Assembly (NCBI GenBank): GCA_963731735.1
Contig: CAVSWO010000002.1
Span: 692,257 to 756,256, forward strand
DNA from: Candidatus Kerfeldbacteria bacterium
Lineage (GTDB): Bacteria; Patescibacteriota; Patescibacteriia; SBBC01; CAIJZX01
Reading direction: 5' to 3'
DNA length: 64,000 bases
Within the stretch, counting starts at the first letter, position 1. Every line of letters starts with the position of its first letter. Below are positions 45,202 through 56,096 of the stretch, in pieces. The notes under the pieces were generated by a model, which saw nothing but the letters and a program-made list of their open reading frames with translations, was not told the origin of the DNA and did no database searches. The position numbers and the translations under genes are program-made.

Positions 45202-46413
45202 TTAGCGTTGCTGTTCCTTCAGATGACCCCAGGCAGTCAGTACCATAGCTCCTAATGCCCAAACCGTTAGACCGAGCCGGATCAGGCCGAAGAGACCGGC
45301 CAGGATTGCGGGGGTGCCGCGAAAAACCAGGCCAAAGGCAAAGTCGAAGACAACCGACAGCAATACAATCCCGAGCAAGGTGGCCCAGATAATAACGGAC
45401 TTCCGTTGCCCGGGGAATGCCACACCGCGTCGGATCCAATGCAGCACCAACCAGCCCAGCCAAAAGCCGAGCGCGACCTGGGTCAGGTACAGGGTAATGG
45501 CGTAGATACCGGCCAACACTAACGCTAACTGCAGACCAACCAGAGTAATCATGAGCATGGCCAGGGCGGCCGGAATGACCAAGAAGAATAAAACGCCAAA
45601 GCCGAGCGTGGCGCCGAACCGAGTGGTCATATGATGATGTACATTGCGAAGCGTTTTGGGGAAGAACAGGCTGAACAGCAAGCCGACCAAAATCATCGAT
45701 AGCAAGCTCCAGAGGCGGATGCCCTGTAGGAAGGCCTGCCAGGATTTCGTGGAGACGACGACTTCAACCGCGTGTTTCTGCACACCGCCAGCAATCACTG
45801 CCTGGTCGGAGACGGTCGCAGTTTGCGAAGCCCAGTAGTTGAGTGCACCGTCGAGTTGGGCAGACGAGCCGACCACCACACACACGCTCCGGCCACAATC
45901 ATTTCCGGTGTGCAAATTTACATCCGCTTGGCTGTGCCCGTTGACGATAAACGATCCGCCCCAGGCAGTAACCGCGCCGACGGTCGTGCCGTTCAAGGTG
46001 ACCGTTCCGCCGAACAGCATCGTCTCGCCGGTTATCAGGCTGTCGGTATCAAGGGTCAGGCTGCCGCCGAAAATCATGAGATTGCCGCCAACTGATCCGC
46101 TGATATCAATCGTTCCGCCGCCGGCGTGCAGATTGCCATTGACGGTGCCGGAAACACGAATGGTACCGCCGCTTGCAAATACATCCCCGTCAATCGTTCC
46201 GCTGATGGTGACCGTTCCACCGGCGATGTACACATCATTTTGATACGTGCCGGCCAGATCAACCGTGCCGCCACCCACCATGTACACATCGGAAACGGTT
46301 TGATCGGATCCGGAAAATACCGAATCGCCGTGCTTGGTGGTGAGCGCCTGGGAAGCGCTCGGAATAGCCAAAAGCAATACCCCAACCAGGCTGGTGAGAA
46401 TGAAGTTTCGCAT
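45202..46413 (-). CDS. Membrane protein with bactofilin-like beta-helix repeats
   Basis: Signal peptide; GG.V.I.G.V.GD repeats; multi-TM C-terminus. Confidence 0.8.
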   Translation of the reverse strand: MRNFILTSLVGVLLLAIPSASQALTTKHGDSVFSGSDQTVSDVYMVGGGTVDLAGTYQNDVYIAGGTVTISGTIDGDVFASGGTIRVSGTVNGNLHAGGGTIDISGSVGGNLMIFGGSLTLDTDSLITGETMLFGGTVTLNGTTVGAVTAWGGSFIVNGHSQADVNLHTGNDCGRSVCVVVGSSAQLDGALNYWASQTATVSDQAVIAGGVQKHAVEVVVSTKSWQAFLQGIRLWSLLSMILVGLLFSLFFPKTLRNVHHHMTTRFGATLGFGVLFFLVIPAALAMLMITLVGLQLALVLAGIYAITLYLTQVALGFWLGWLVLHWIRRGVAFPGQRKSVIIWATLLGIVLLSVVFDFAFGLVFRGTPAILAGLFGLIRLGLTVWALGAMVLTAWGHLKEQQR

Positions 46414-46479
46414 ACGCGTAACGATTAATGATTGGTTCAAGTATAGCAAAAAGGCCATAAACATGCCATCATACGAGCG

Positions 46480-47031
46480 ATGGCTGAACTTCGGGTCTCC
46501 GAAACAGAACTCAAGGGTTTGTTCGTGATTGACCTCGCGGTGCATGGCGACGCGCGCGGCAGTTTTCGCGAAGCCTACCAGGCCGAAAAAATGGAAGCCC
46601 GGGGGTTACCGAAACTCGGTCCGGTCCAGTGGAATATATCCGAAAACCTGCGGCCGGGAATCATTCGTGGGATTCACGCTGAACCTTGGGATAAATATAT
46701 TCATGTTCCGGCTGGGCGAGTGTTTTCTGCGGTGGCCGATCTCCGACCAGATTCGCCGACCTTCGGCCGACACTTGACCTTTGAGCTCAACCATACGAAC
46801 GCGATTTTCATTTCACGGGGCTTCGGAAACGCGTTTCAAACCCTCGAACCGAATACGGTGTATTGCTACCTGGTGAATGCGCATTGGACCGCGGGCCTCA
46901 AATACCCAGCCATTCATTATGCCGACCCGGATCTGGGAATCAAGTGGCCAATCCAACCGGGATCGGATGATGTGTCGGACAAGGACAAAAAGAATCCGAG
47001 CCTGCGGGAATCGTTTCCGGAAAAGTTCTGA
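46480..47031 (+). CDS. rfbC: dTDP-4-dehydrorhamnose 3,5-epimerase
   Basis: GDARGSFRE, RGIHAEPWDK, DLRPDSPTFG, DPDLGIKWP. Confidence 0.92.
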   Translation: MAELRVSETELKGLFVIDLAVHGDARGSFREAYQAEKMEARGLPKLGPVQWNISENLRPGIIRGIHAEPWDKYIHVPAGRVFSAVADLRPDSPTFGRHLTFELNHTNAIFISRGFGNAFQTLEPNTVYCYLVNAHWTAGLKYPAIHYADPDLGIKWPIQPGSDDVSDKDKKNPSLRESFPEKF

Positions 47032-47073
47032 GCTTGACTTTCTCTTTTTTTGCTTGCTTGCTACACTTTCCCC

Positions 47074-49203
47074 GTGGCCACGAAATACGTTATCCGCAAG
47101 TCCTTCGATCCGAAGAACTTCCGGGTTGATTATCAAAAAGAGCTAAATCAAGAACAACTCAACGTCGTCTTGCACGGCGATGGGCCGTGTTTAGTGCTGG
47201 CCGGTGCCGGCTCGGGGAAGACTCGGACGATTGTCTACCGGGTGGCGTATTTGATTGAAAAGGGCATTCGACCGGAGAATATTCTGCTGGTGACCTTTAC
47301 CAACAAAGCGGCTAAGGAAATGCTGTCCCGGGTGGAAGAGCTGCTTGGAACATTTCCGAAATCGCTGCACGGCGGAACCTTTCACCATGAGGCCAATCGT
47401 TTATTGCGCAAGTACGCGCCGAAACTCGGCTTCAATCACAACTTTACGATTCTGGATGAAGAGGACAGCAAGGACTTACTGAGCGTCTGTATCAAATCAC
47501 TCGGGATTGAAACGACGAAGTCACGTTTTCCGAGCACCCGCGTGATTAGCGCGCTGATTTCGCTGGCCAAAAATACCGGGCTCGCGCTGGATGAACTGAT
47601 TGCCGAAGGCAAAGTCGAATTCATGAAAATTTTACCGGACCTGGTACGCGTCTTCGAAGAATACGAACGGCGAAAATTGCGGAATAACGCGATGGATTTT
47701 GATGATTTGCTGACCAACCTGCTGAAACTGCTTCGCGACCAGGCTGACGTCCGGCGCCATTTAAGCCAACAATTTCAATACATCCTGGTGGACGAATATC
47801 AGGACACCAACCACTTACAGGCTGAAATTGTCCGATTACTGGCCGAGGTGCATCATAATCTACTGGTGGTTGGCGACGACGCACAGTCTATTTATTCTTT
47901 CCGCGGCGCGGATATCAGCAACATTCTCGATTTCCCCAAACGCTGGCCGGATTGCACAACCTTTAAACTCGAAACCAACTACCGCTCAACCCAGCCGATC
48001 TTGGATGTTGCCAATGAGGTGATTCAACACAACACGGCGCAATTTCAAAAAAAATTGCAGCATGTCCGAACGGATGGGATGAAACCGGTAGTGGTGCCGG
48101 CTGTGTCGGACGAACAGGAGGCTGAATTCATTAGCCAGCGGATTCTTGAGTTACGGGACGAAGGCGTGCCGCTCAAAGAGATGGCAGTCCTATTTCGCGC
48201 CGCCTATCACTCGCAAGCACTAGAATTTGAACTGACCCGGCGGGATATTCCGTATGAATACCGCGGAGGGATTCGCTTTTTTGATCGAGCCCATATTAAG
48301 GATACGCTGGCGCATTTGAAAATTGTCACCAATCCGAGCGATGAGGTCGGATTTTTACGGGTCATGCGACTGCAAGTAGGGATCGGTCAGCAAACCGCCG
48401 CCAAAATATTCGATGGCTTGCAACAGTATCGATCGGACGACGAGCGTCATCCGTATGAACTCGCCTTCGAACGGTACCAGCCGCCCAGCCGGGCCGAGAA
48501 AGGCTGGCGGGCGTTCCAAAATACCATCGGCGCCTTGTTAAGTGAACGCGACGGCAGCCCGGAAACGCTGATCCAGCTCGTGATGGACAGCGAGTACCGC
48601 GACTATTTGAAAAACCAATACCCGGATGCCAATGATCGGCTGCAAGACCTTGAACAACTGGCGTTGTTTGCCGGCAAGTATGAGAATTTGGACACCTTCC
48701 TGTCCGAAGTTTCACTCCAAGAATCGTTCGGCGTGGCCGGCGGAGAATCGGGTGACGGGAAGAGCGCCGAACGGATTGTACTCTCGACAATTCACCAAGC
48801 CAAGGGGCTGGAGTGGCGGGCGGTCTTCGTGATGCACCTGGCGGAACAGTATTTTCCGAACCCGCGGGCGCTGAGCGAAGAGGGAGGCGTTGAGGAGGAG
48901 CGCCGGTTATTTTATGTAGCGATTACACGAGCCAAAGATGAAGTGTATTTGACCTATAGCTTAGCGAGCGGGTATCGGACGATGTCGATGCAACTGAACG
49001 CGCCCTCACCGTTCGTCAAGGAAATTCCAACCCGTCTGCTCGAACCGTACGAACTCGAAGAATCGGTGGCCCAGGCCGAAGATGCATTGATTGATCCGGA
49101 CCAGGTGATTGATTTAGATGATGACGAAAAACCTCGGGGTTTGCTCGATCGGGTAATGCAATCGAATCGGGATAAAAGGCAGCGAAAACGCCACCGAGGT
49201 TGA
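47074..49203 (+). CDS. pcrA: UvrD/PcrA-family ATP-dependent helicase
   Basis: AGAGSGKT, TFTNKAA, VDEYQD, VGDDAQSIYSFRGA, NYRS, STIHQAKGLE, EERRLFYVAITRA. Confidence 0.93.
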   Translation: MATKYVIRKSFDPKNFRVDYQKELNQEQLNVVLHGDGPCLVLAGAGSGKTRTIVYRVAYLIEKGIRPENILLVTFTNKAAKEMLSRVEELLGTFPKSLHGGTFHHEANRLLRKYAPKLGFNHNFTILDEEDSKDLLSVCIKSLGIETTKSRFPSTRVISALISLAKNTGLALDELIAEGKVEFMKILPDLVRVFEEYERRKLRNNAMDFDDLLTNLLKLLRDQADVRRHLSQQFQYILVDEYQDTNHLQAEIVRLLAEVHHNLLVVGDDAQSIYSFRGADISNILDFPKRWPDCTTFKLETNYRSTQPILDVANEVIQHNTAQFQKKLQHVRTDGMKPVVVPAVSDEQEAEFISQRILELRDEGVPLKEMAVLFRAAYHSQALEFELTRRDIPYEYRGGIRFFDRAHIKDTLAHLKIVTNPSDEVGFLRVMRLQVGIGQQTAAKIFDGLQQYRSDDERHPYELAFERYQPPSRAEKGWRAFQNTIGALLSERDGSPETLIQLVMDSEYRDYLKNQYPDANDRLQDLEQLALFAGKYENLDTFLSEVSLQESFGVAGGESGDGKSAERIVLSTIHQAKGLEWRAVFVMHLAEQYFPNPRALSEEGGVEEERRLFYVAITRAKDEVYLTYSLASGYRTMSMQLNAPSPFVKEIPTRLLEPYELEESVAQAEDALIDPDQVIDLDDDEKPRGLLDRVMQSNRDKRQRKRHRG

Positions 49204-49208
49204 ACGGA

Positions 49209-49664
49209 ATGAATCGCGAACTCGTTCTCTTAGCCCATAACATCCGTTCCGCCTATAACGTCGGATCATTTTTTCGAACCGCCGATGGAGCGGGCGTAAG
49301 CAGAATTGTCCTCAGCGGGTACTCCGCGCGGCCGCCGCATCCGGGCGTGAAAAAAACCGCCCTGGGAGCTGAAGAGATTGTGCCATGGGAATCGATCGCG
49401 CAGCCGGGCCCGTGGTTACGGCGGATGCGGCGGCGGGGATACCACATCGTCGCCTTGGAACAGACGCCGAACAGCCAAACGATCTTTACCTGGAAACCGA
49501 AATGGCCGTTGATTCTGATAGTTGGGAATGAGGTCAGGGGAGTTAGTCCGGGGCTTTTGAAATATGCTCAGACGAAACTTGAGATTCCAATGCGCGGCCA
49601 AAAGGAGTCGCTGAATGTGGCCAGCGCCATGGCGGTTGGGGTATACTCAATTCTGAATCCATGA
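49209..49664 (+). CDS. TrmH/SpoU family RNA methyltransferase
   Basis: NIRSAYNVGSFFRTAD, GNE..G, IPM.G.KESLNVA. Confidence 0.92.
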   Translation: MNRELVLLAHNIRSAYNVGSFFRTADGAGVSRIVLSGYSARPPHPGVKKTALGAEEIVPWESIAQPGPWLRRMRRRGYHIVALEQTPNSQTIFTWKPKWPLILIVGNEVRGVSPGLLKYAQTKLEIPMRGQKESLNVASAMAVGVYSILNP

Positions 49665-50551
49665 CGCCTAAAATATCCATCGTCATTGTCAACTATAAAT
49701 CCGAGGACGCCCTCGAACATTGTTTGCGTTCATTGCACGTGGCCACGCAGGAAACCGTCGAGGTTATTCTAGTTGATAATTCTCCGCTCAGTCGCGACCA
49801 TCAACCGCTGAACAATAAAAGCGCCGAGCGCGTTCTGCAAGATAGTGGCCTGCCGGGATTTTATTTTCCGCAATCGCGGAACACCGGCTATACGCTAGCC
49901 GCGAATCTCGGCGCCCGACACGCGCATGGAGAATATTTGTGTTTTCTCAATCCGGATACGGTTTGGGAACAGCATGGGCTGGGTCGCCTGGTTGCATGGG
50001 TGGCTCATCATCCGCGATCCGTGGCCGGTCCGCGGGAGTTGGATCCGGCGGGGAAGATTACCACCTCGGCCTTTCCGTTCGTGACGCGCCGACAAATTTG
50101 GAATAACACCCTGCTCTATAAACTGCCGTGGCCGCGCGCCTGCCAAGTCGCACTGGGTTGGCTGGTGCCGGCTTTTCGGTATGCTCACCTGTGCCGGCAT
50201 GCCAAAGCTCCGACGCGTGTTCCGGTGCTGAGTGGCAGTTGCATCCTGATGCGGCGCGCGGTCTGGGCAGAGATCGGGGAGTGGCATCCGGAGCTCTCAC
50301 ATTTCGGCTTGGAGTCAGAATGGTTTGAACGGGCACAAGCATCCGGGGTGACGGCCTGGTACATTCCGGGGGCGGTCATCTTGCATGAACACGGTTTAAG
50401 CATTCGTCGAGGTGAAGGTTGGCGAGTGCGAGAAGCGGCCGATCACAATCGGCGTTGGCACGCCGCTCAAAAGGGAATGCTCACCGTCGGTATATTACTG
50501 CTGATACTTTGGATCGAACGGCAGCTGCGCAACGCCCGCCGCGCCGGCTGA
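49661..50551 (+). CDS. Glycosyltransferase family 2
   Basis: SIVIVNY, VDN, NTGY..AANLG, FLNPD. Confidence 0.9.
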   Translation: MTPKISIVIVNYKSEDALEHCLRSLHVATQETVEVILVDNSPLSRDHQPLNNKSAERVLQDSGLPGFYFPQSRNTGYTLAANLGARHAHGEYLCFLNPDTVWEQHGLGRLVAWVAHHPRSVAGPRELDPAGKITTSAFPFVTRRQIWNNTLLYKLPWPRACQVALGWLVPAFRYAHLCRHAKAPTRVPVLSGSCILMRRAVWAEIGEWHPELSHFGLESEWFERAQASGVTAWYIPGAVILHEHGLSIRRGEGWRVREAADHNRRWHAAQKGMLTVGILLLILWIERQLRNARRAG

Positions 50552-50625
50552 CTTGACAATCACGACAGAAGGGCCGTAGGCTGCAGCCACCAGTTGATCT
50601 TTTCATGTTCCCAGGGAGGTGGAAG

Positions 50626-51147
50626 ATGGATATGAAGGTAGATGGGAGATGCAAGCTGTGTGATTTTCCTAAATTTCGGAAATTGCCGGCACCCAAGCAT
50701 GTATTGATTGCTGGGATGTACTACTTTCTCAACGCCTATGGTGCGGCTGTTCCGATGAAGGCATTTTCCCCTTATTCGACAGAGGCAATCCTGGGGGCAC
50801 ATCACAATATTGTGCATGGGCGTCTCTCCTGGTTGATTGCACGCATTTCTCTTGTTTACCACTTCGATCCGGTCAACCTGCGGTCGCTTGATATTCAGCG
50901 GATGTTTTCCACGCAAAATCAGTTCAGCTTCATGTTTCGCGGGAGAACAGATCGACCGGTTCGGCCATATCAGGTGAGCGTCTATAAGAGCCCACGTCGA
51001 ATTCCGCCTTTTCAAACGGAGGCCCCATCGGAGATTGAGGCCCTCCGAACTTTCATGGATATGATGACCCATTCGAACACCTGGACTGACGATGAACTCA
51101 AAGAGTTTGCGGGAACAATGCACCTGAGAGTTCGGGCAGTTGCCTGA
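50626..51147 (+). CDS. Orphan hypothetical protein
   Basis: Promoter TTGACA(50553), SD GGGAGGTG before ATG 50626, terminator CACCCAC-TCCG-GTGGGTG-T6. Confidence 0.7.
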   Translation: MDMKVDGRCKLCDFPKFRKLPAPKHVLIAGMYYFLNAYGAAVPMKAFSPYSTEAILGAHHNIVHGRLSWLIARISLVYHFDPVNLRSLDIQRMFSTQNQFSFMFRGRTDRPVRPYQVSVYKSPRRIPPFQTEAPSEIEALRTFMDMMTHSNTWTDDELKEFAGTMHLRVRAVA

Positions 51148-51269
51148 GCCCCAGCCTCCAACACCCACTCCGGTGGGTGTTTTTTCTTGCGGAACAATGT
51201 TTCCACACCAACGCAAATATGGCCTAATTGACCCAGCACTACAGTCCTTCCGCGTCTGGTTGTGCTGGA

Positions 51270-51332
51270 TTGACGCGTGGTAACAATGTGGTGTAAAATG
51301 GAATAGAAGGGTGAGAAGTGGAAAAAAGTGGG
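51270..51332 (+). promoter_or_regulatory. mraZ promoter with 10-bp-periodic MraZ-binding repeats
   Basis: TTGACG at 51270; GTGGT/ATGGA/AGGGT/GTGGA/GTGGG at 51288, 51298, 51308, 51318, 51328. Confidence 0.8.
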
Positions 51333-51374
51333 GATAACCCCGTTCCTTGGTGGATAAGCCCTTTACACACACCT

Positions 51375-51806
51375 ATGTTTATTGGCGAATATCACCACGC
51401 ACTCGACGACAAGGGTCGCGTTCAGGTGCCAGTCAAATTCCGGAAGGACCTCCAAACCGGCGCCGTGGTAACTCGGGGCCTGGATCGGTGTTTGTTTGTC
51501 TATACCGCGAAAGAGTGGAGTCAGCTGGCTGAAAAACTTGCCTCCTTGCCGATTGCGAAAGCGAACTCGCGGGCCTTCGCCCGATTGATGCTGGCGGGCG
51601 CGATGGAACTCGAGATTGATCGCCAAGGCCGGGTCGTCCTGCCGGAATATCTGCGGCAGTACGCCGGCCTCAAAAAAAGCGTGGTGGTGGCCGGTCTCTA
51701 CAATCGATTAGAACTCTGGGATAAGGACGCTTGGAAGCGGTACCGGACCGGAACGGAAAAGCAGAGCGGGGATATCGCTGAAGCTTTAGGTGAGCTCGGC
51801 GTCTAG
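51375..51806 (+). CDS. mraZ: Transcriptional regulator MraZ
   Basis: MFIGEY.H.LDDKGR, DRQGRV.LP..LR.YAGL. Confidence 0.97.
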   Translation: MFIGEYHHALDDKGRVQVPVKFRKDLQTGAVVTRGLDRCLFVYTAKEWSQLAEKLASLPIAKANSRAFARLMLAGAMELEIDRQGRVVLPEYLRQYAGLKKSVVVAGLYNRLELWDKDAWKRYRTGTEKQSGDIAEALGELGV

Positions 51807-52697
51807 ATGCCCACGCCTGATTCCGTTCATGTTCCGGTGCTCCTTCCAGATGTTCTCTCCAATCTGAACCTTCAGCCTGGCGACACGGTGATAGACGCCA
51901 CCCTCGGTGGCGGCGGTCATACGCGCGCTTTGCTTGAAGCCATCGCTCCCGACGGCCGGGTCCTAGCCCTTGAGGCCGACCCGCGCACGCTGGCCGACAC
52001 GCAAGCGAAACTGGCCGACGCCGGATCGCGGTTAGTGATCGTCCAGAAAAATTTTCGCGAGCTGCAAACGGTCGCCAAGGCGCATGGCTTTCATGGCGTG
52101 GCGGCGGTCCTGTTTGACCTCGGTCTGTCATCCATCGGCTTGGCCGATGCCAGCCGAGGCTTCTCGTTCCAAGTGGACGGTCCGCTCGACATGCGCTTTG
52201 ATCCCGCCCAGGATCTGACCGCGGCTGAGATCGTGAATACCTGGTCACGCGATGACCTGCTCCACATCCTGCGCGAGTATGGCGAAGAGCGACAGGCTGA
52301 ACGGATCGTTGACCAACTGATCCTCCAGCGTCAAACCGCGCCGTTCCAAACGACCCTGGCCCTGGCGGAGGCCATCATGACGGTCAAACCGCGACGCGGA
52401 CGTCTGCATCCGGCCACTCAAACCTTTCAAGCGCTTCGCATGGCGGTTAACGATGAATTGGCTGCGCTGGAAGAAGCCTTACCGCAAGCCTTTGACTGTT
52501 TGCGTTCCGGCGGGCGCCTGGCGGTTATCACCTTTCACTCAATTGAAGATCGGGTGGTCAAACATTGGACCCATCAATTGGCAGATCGCGGCCTGGCTGA
52601 GCTCGTCAATAAACATGTCATTCAGGCCAGCTACCAAGCCGCCAAGGAAAATCCACGCGCGCGTAGCGCCAAACTCCGCATCATCCAAAAAAAATAA
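51807..52697 (+). CDS. rsmH: 16S rRNA m4C1402 methyltransferase
   Basis: HVPVL, DATLGGGGH, DLGLSS, PLDMR, HPATQTFQALR, NPRARSAKLR. Confidence 0.97.
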   Translation: MPTPDSVHVPVLLPDVLSNLNLQPGDTVIDATLGGGGHTRALLEAIAPDGRVLALEADPRTLADTQAKLADAGSRLVIVQKNFRELQTVAKAHGFHGVAAVLFDLGLSSIGLADASRGFSFQVDGPLDMRFDPAQDLTAAEIVNTWSRDDLLHILREYGEERQAERIVDQLILQRQTAPFQTTLALAEAIMTVKPRRGRLHPATQTFQALRMAVNDELAALEEALPQAFDCLRSGGRLAVITFHSIEDRVVKHWTHQLADRGLAELVNKHVIQASYQAAKENPRARSAKLRIIQKK

Positions 52698-52715
52698 TTT
52701 ATCAAAAACAAAACT

Positions 52716-53066
52716 ATGTCCCGCACACGACGCATGCAAGACCCGCTCCGTTCCACCGCCCACTGGTGGCACCGCTTTAAAGTCTCGACGCAAAAGTTCG
52801 CGATCTTCCTGACCCTGATGGCGGTCGGTTTAGGGTTTACCTATGTCTGGCTGACCAACCGGACAGCCACGCACGGTTTTGCGATTGAAAAGCTACAGTC
52901 ACAAATTGCGGAACTTCGGACCTCGAATGAAAAACTGGAATTACAAGCGGCCGATCTGCGCGCCTTGAGTACGGTGGCGCTGTCTTCGGAAACCGAAGGT
53001 TTGCAGCCAACTGATACTTTTGAAGTGCTGAGTACCGGCACCGGCGCAGTGGCCCTGCAGCCGTAA
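52716..53066 (+). CDS. FtsL-like cell division protein
   Basis: TM plus coiled coil, between rsmH and the PBP gene. Confidence 0.7.
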   Translation: MSRTRRMQDPLRSTAHWWHRFKVSTQKFAIFLTLMAVGLGFTYVWLTNRTATHGFAIEKLQSQIAELRTSNEKLELQAADLRALSTVALSSETEGLQPTDTFEVLSTGTGAVALQP

Positions 53067-53074
53067 TCCACGTC

Positions 53075-54808
53075 ATGGTTCGCGCTCGTCGCAAGTCTGA
53101 ACCCTGGTATCAGAACCGGTTAGGTGTGCTCCGGTTCGGTTTTGGTGTTTTCGCGGCCATATTGATCGGTCGATTATTTATCTTGCAGATCGTTCACCAT
53201 ACGTTCTACGAAGCGCTGGCGCAGGACCAACATCAATTTAGCCAGCAACTCTATCCCGAGCGCGGTGATATTTTAGTCCACGATCAACAATCCTCAACCG
53301 GAAATTATCCCTTGGCCACCAATCGGACGCTTAATTTACTGTACGCCGTTCCGAAAGATATCACTGACCCGCAAGCGGTGGCTGATAAACTGCAAGGGTT
53401 GGTCAATCTTGACCCCGAGACGTTGCTGGCGCGCTTAGACAAGCCTAATGATTTGTACGAACCGATCCAGCACTCCATGACGGATGAACAGCGCCAACAG
53501 ATCGAAGCCTTGAAGATTGACGGATTAAAATTTGACGACGAATCAACGCGTTACTATCCGGAAAAAAATATCGGCGCGCAAATGATCGGATTTCTTGGGA
53601 ATGACGGCGAACAAAAGGTTGGACAGTATGGCATTGAAGGCGCCTTCGAAGATACCTTAGCCGGACAACGGGGTGAAATCACGGCCGAGAAAGATGCCTC
53701 GGGGCAATTGATTGCGACGGCCGCGCAAGTTTGGCAACCGGCCATCGACGGTTCAAATGTCTTGCTGACCATTGATCGCACCATTCAATTTGAAGCCTGT
53801 CGGAAACTGGATGAAGCGGTTAAGAAGCACGGCGCCGATAGCGGGGCGGTTATTATTATGAACCCGAAGACCGGCGCGATCCTGGCGATGTGCAGCGCGC
53901 CGGATTATGACCCCAACAATTACGGTTCGGTCAAAGACTCATCCGTCTATTTGAATCAAGCTACCCAAGTTCCGTACGAACCGGGTTCGGTCTTCAAGCC
54001 GATCACCATGACGGCGGCCTTAAATGAAGGCGCAATTACGCCGGAGACCACCTATCAAGATTCCGGTGAAGTCAAAATCGACAGTTACACGATTCGGAAT
54101 TCCGATTTAAAGGCGCACGGTCTCCAGAGCATGACCGAGGTCTTGGAGAAATCGCTCAACACCGGCGCTATTTTCGCCATGCGCCAAGTTGGCCCCTCGA
54201 CCTTTGAACGCTACCTGCAAGCCTTTGGTTTCGGCCAATTGTCCGGCATTGAAGTTGATGAACGGGCCGGGAATATTTCAACCCTGAGTACCGGCCGGGA
54301 AATTTACGCGGCCACTGCCTCCTACGGGCAGGGAATTACGGTCACGCCGCTGCAGCTGATTGACGCCTACGCGGCGATGGCGAACGGCGGCAAGCTGATG
54401 CGACCCTATCTGGTTGATCGGGTGATCCACCCTGATGGCACGGAAGAGGTGACCGCGCCGCGTACGATTCGGACCGTTATGACGCCGCAAACTTCCGCCA
54501 CGGTCAGCGCCATGATGGTCCGGGTGGTCCAAAATGGGCACGGTAAGGCGGCCGGCGTTCCGGGCTATTTCATCGCCGGAAAAACCGGAACGGCGCAAAT
54601 TCCGGATCCAAAAACCGGCGGGTATGATCCGCACTATACGATTGGAACCTTCGCCGGCTTCGGGCCGGTTGAAGATCCGCAGTTTGTGATGGTGACAAAA
54701 CTGGTCCGGCCGCGTGATGTGCAATTTGCTGAAAGTACGGCTGCGCCGCTTTTTGGCGAACTGGCAAAATTCGTTCTGCTGCACTTGGGCGTGGCGCCGA
54801 GTCAATAA
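53075..54808 (+). CDS. ftsI: Class B penicillin-binding protein (FtsI-like)
   Basis: RGDI, RYYP, EPGSVFK (SxxK), SLN, KTG; dcw position. Confidence 0.9.
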   Translation: MVRARRKSEPWYQNRLGVLRFGFGVFAAILIGRLFILQIVHHTFYEALAQDQHQFSQQLYPERGDILVHDQQSSTGNYPLATNRTLNLLYAVPKDITDPQAVADKLQGLVNLDPETLLARLDKPNDLYEPIQHSMTDEQRQQIEALKIDGLKFDDESTRYYPEKNIGAQMIGFLGNDGEQKVGQYGIEGAFEDTLAGQRGEITAEKDASGQLIATAAQVWQPAIDGSNVLLTIDRTIQFEACRKLDEAVKKHGADSGAVIIMNPKTGAILAMCSAPDYDPNNYGSVKDSSVYLNQATQVPYEPGSVFKPITMTAALNEGAITPETTYQDSGEVKIDSYTIRNSDLKAHGLQSMTEVLEKSLNTGAIFAMRQVGPSTFERYLQAFGFGQLSGIEVDERAGNISTLSTGREIYAATASYGQGITVTPLQLIDAYAAMANGGKLMRPYLVDRVIHPDGTEEVTAPRTIRTVMTPQTSATVSAMMVRVVQNGHGKAAGVPGYFIAGKTGTAQIPDPKTGGYDPHYTIGTFAGFGPVEDPQFVMVTKLVRPRDVQFAESTAAPLFGELAKFVLLHLGVAPSQ

Positions 54809-54827
54809 ACTCGATATACTAGCGGAC

Positions 54828-56096
54828 ATGAAAGGCATCGTTCGCTTCGTGTTTCGCGCCCTGGCCGGGTTGACCCTCCGCCGGTATCGGCCGGTGGTGA
54901 TTGGCATCGCCGGATCAATTGGCAAAACCGCCAGCAAGGAGGCGATTGCCGCTGCCTTGAGCGCCAAGCAGCGCTATGTTCGCAAAACAGTCGGGAGCTT
55001 CAACGGAGAAATTGGTGTGCCGCTGACAATTTTAACCGGCCAAGCGGCCCCCAGTGGATGGTGGTCGTGGCTGATGGCGCTGGGACGAAGTGTTGGGGTG
55101 GCGCTGGGACGGAAACGAGCGTACCCGGAGTATCTGGTGCTTGAATTAGGCGCGGACAAACCCGGAGATTTAGCTATGTTGATGCACATCGCGAAACCGC
55201 AGATTGGCGTGCTGACGGCCATCACGCCCGAGCACCTGGAATTTTTTGGTGACATGCAAGCGGTGGTGAATGAAGAATCGGCGGTGGTCCTTGATTTGCC
55301 GGCCGATGGGCAGGCGGTCATCAATATCGACGAACCCAACGCGGCCGCGGTCGCTAAGCAAGTGCCAGAACGGGTGATCGCCTACGGTTGGTCGCCGCGG
55401 GCCACCATTCGGGCCGTGCGTTCAACGGCGCCGCTCAGTGATCGGGGCTTACCGACCGGTATGCAGGTCAGTATTCGAATGGATAACCAGGAACAGCAAA
55501 TCAGCTTACCCGGGGTGTTTGGCCAACATTCAGTCTATCCAGTTTTGGCGGCCCTGGCCGTCGGCCAGATTGTCGGGATTTCGACGCCCGAGCTGGTCGA
55601 GGGGTTGCAAGACTACCAGCCGCCACCCGGCCGGATGCGATTATTGGAAGGACTCGAGGGGACGCTGCTCATTGATGACAGTTATAACGCATCACCGGCG
55701 GCCATGCAGGCCGGACTCGACGCGGTGGCGGGCATGCAGTTGCCGGGACGGACCTTCGCCATCCTGGGACAAATGTCGGAGCTCGGTTCGGACGCGGCAC
55801 TCTGGCACGATCGGATTGGCCGGAAACTGACCCCGGATCGAATTTACGGCCTGATTACCGTTGGCCCATTGGCGGAACGGATTGGCGCGGCGGCGAAGAA
55901 GAAAGGTTTACCGGAAGATCGGATTTGGAACGTGCCAAACGCGGAAGCGGCCGCCTTGCTAATTCGGCCGATGTTACAGAGTGGCGACGCGATTTACGTC
56001 AAAGGTTCACGCTATGCTAGCCGGCTGGAACGAACCGTCAGGCTGCTGCTGCATAACCCGGCTCGCGATCTCTCGAAGCTGGTGCCGTCCGCCTAA
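54828..56096 (+). CDS. murF: UDP-MurNAc-tripeptide--D-Ala-D-Ala ligase
   Basis: GSIGKT, FNGEIGVP, GRM, IDDSYNASP, LGQMSELG, KGSR. Confidence 0.93.
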   Translation: MKGIVRFVFRALAGLTLRRYRPVVIGIAGSIGKTASKEAIAAALSAKQRYVRKTVGSFNGEIGVPLTILTGQAAPSGWWSWLMALGRSVGVALGRKRAYPEYLVLELGADKPGDLAMLMHIAKPQIGVLTAITPEHLEFFGDMQAVVNEESAVVLDLPADGQAVINIDEPNAAAVAKQVPERVIAYGWSPRATIRAVRSTAPLSDRGLPTGMQVSIRMDNQEQQISLPGVFGQHSVYPVLAALAVGQIVGISTPELVEGLQDYQPPPGRMRLLEGLEGTLLIDDSYNASPAAMQAGLDAVAGMQLPGRTFAILGQMSELGSDAALWHDRIGRKLTPDRIYGLITVGPLAERIGAAAKKKGLPEDRIWNVPNAEAAALLIRPMLQSGDAIYVKGSRYASRLERTVRLLLHNPARDLSKLVPSA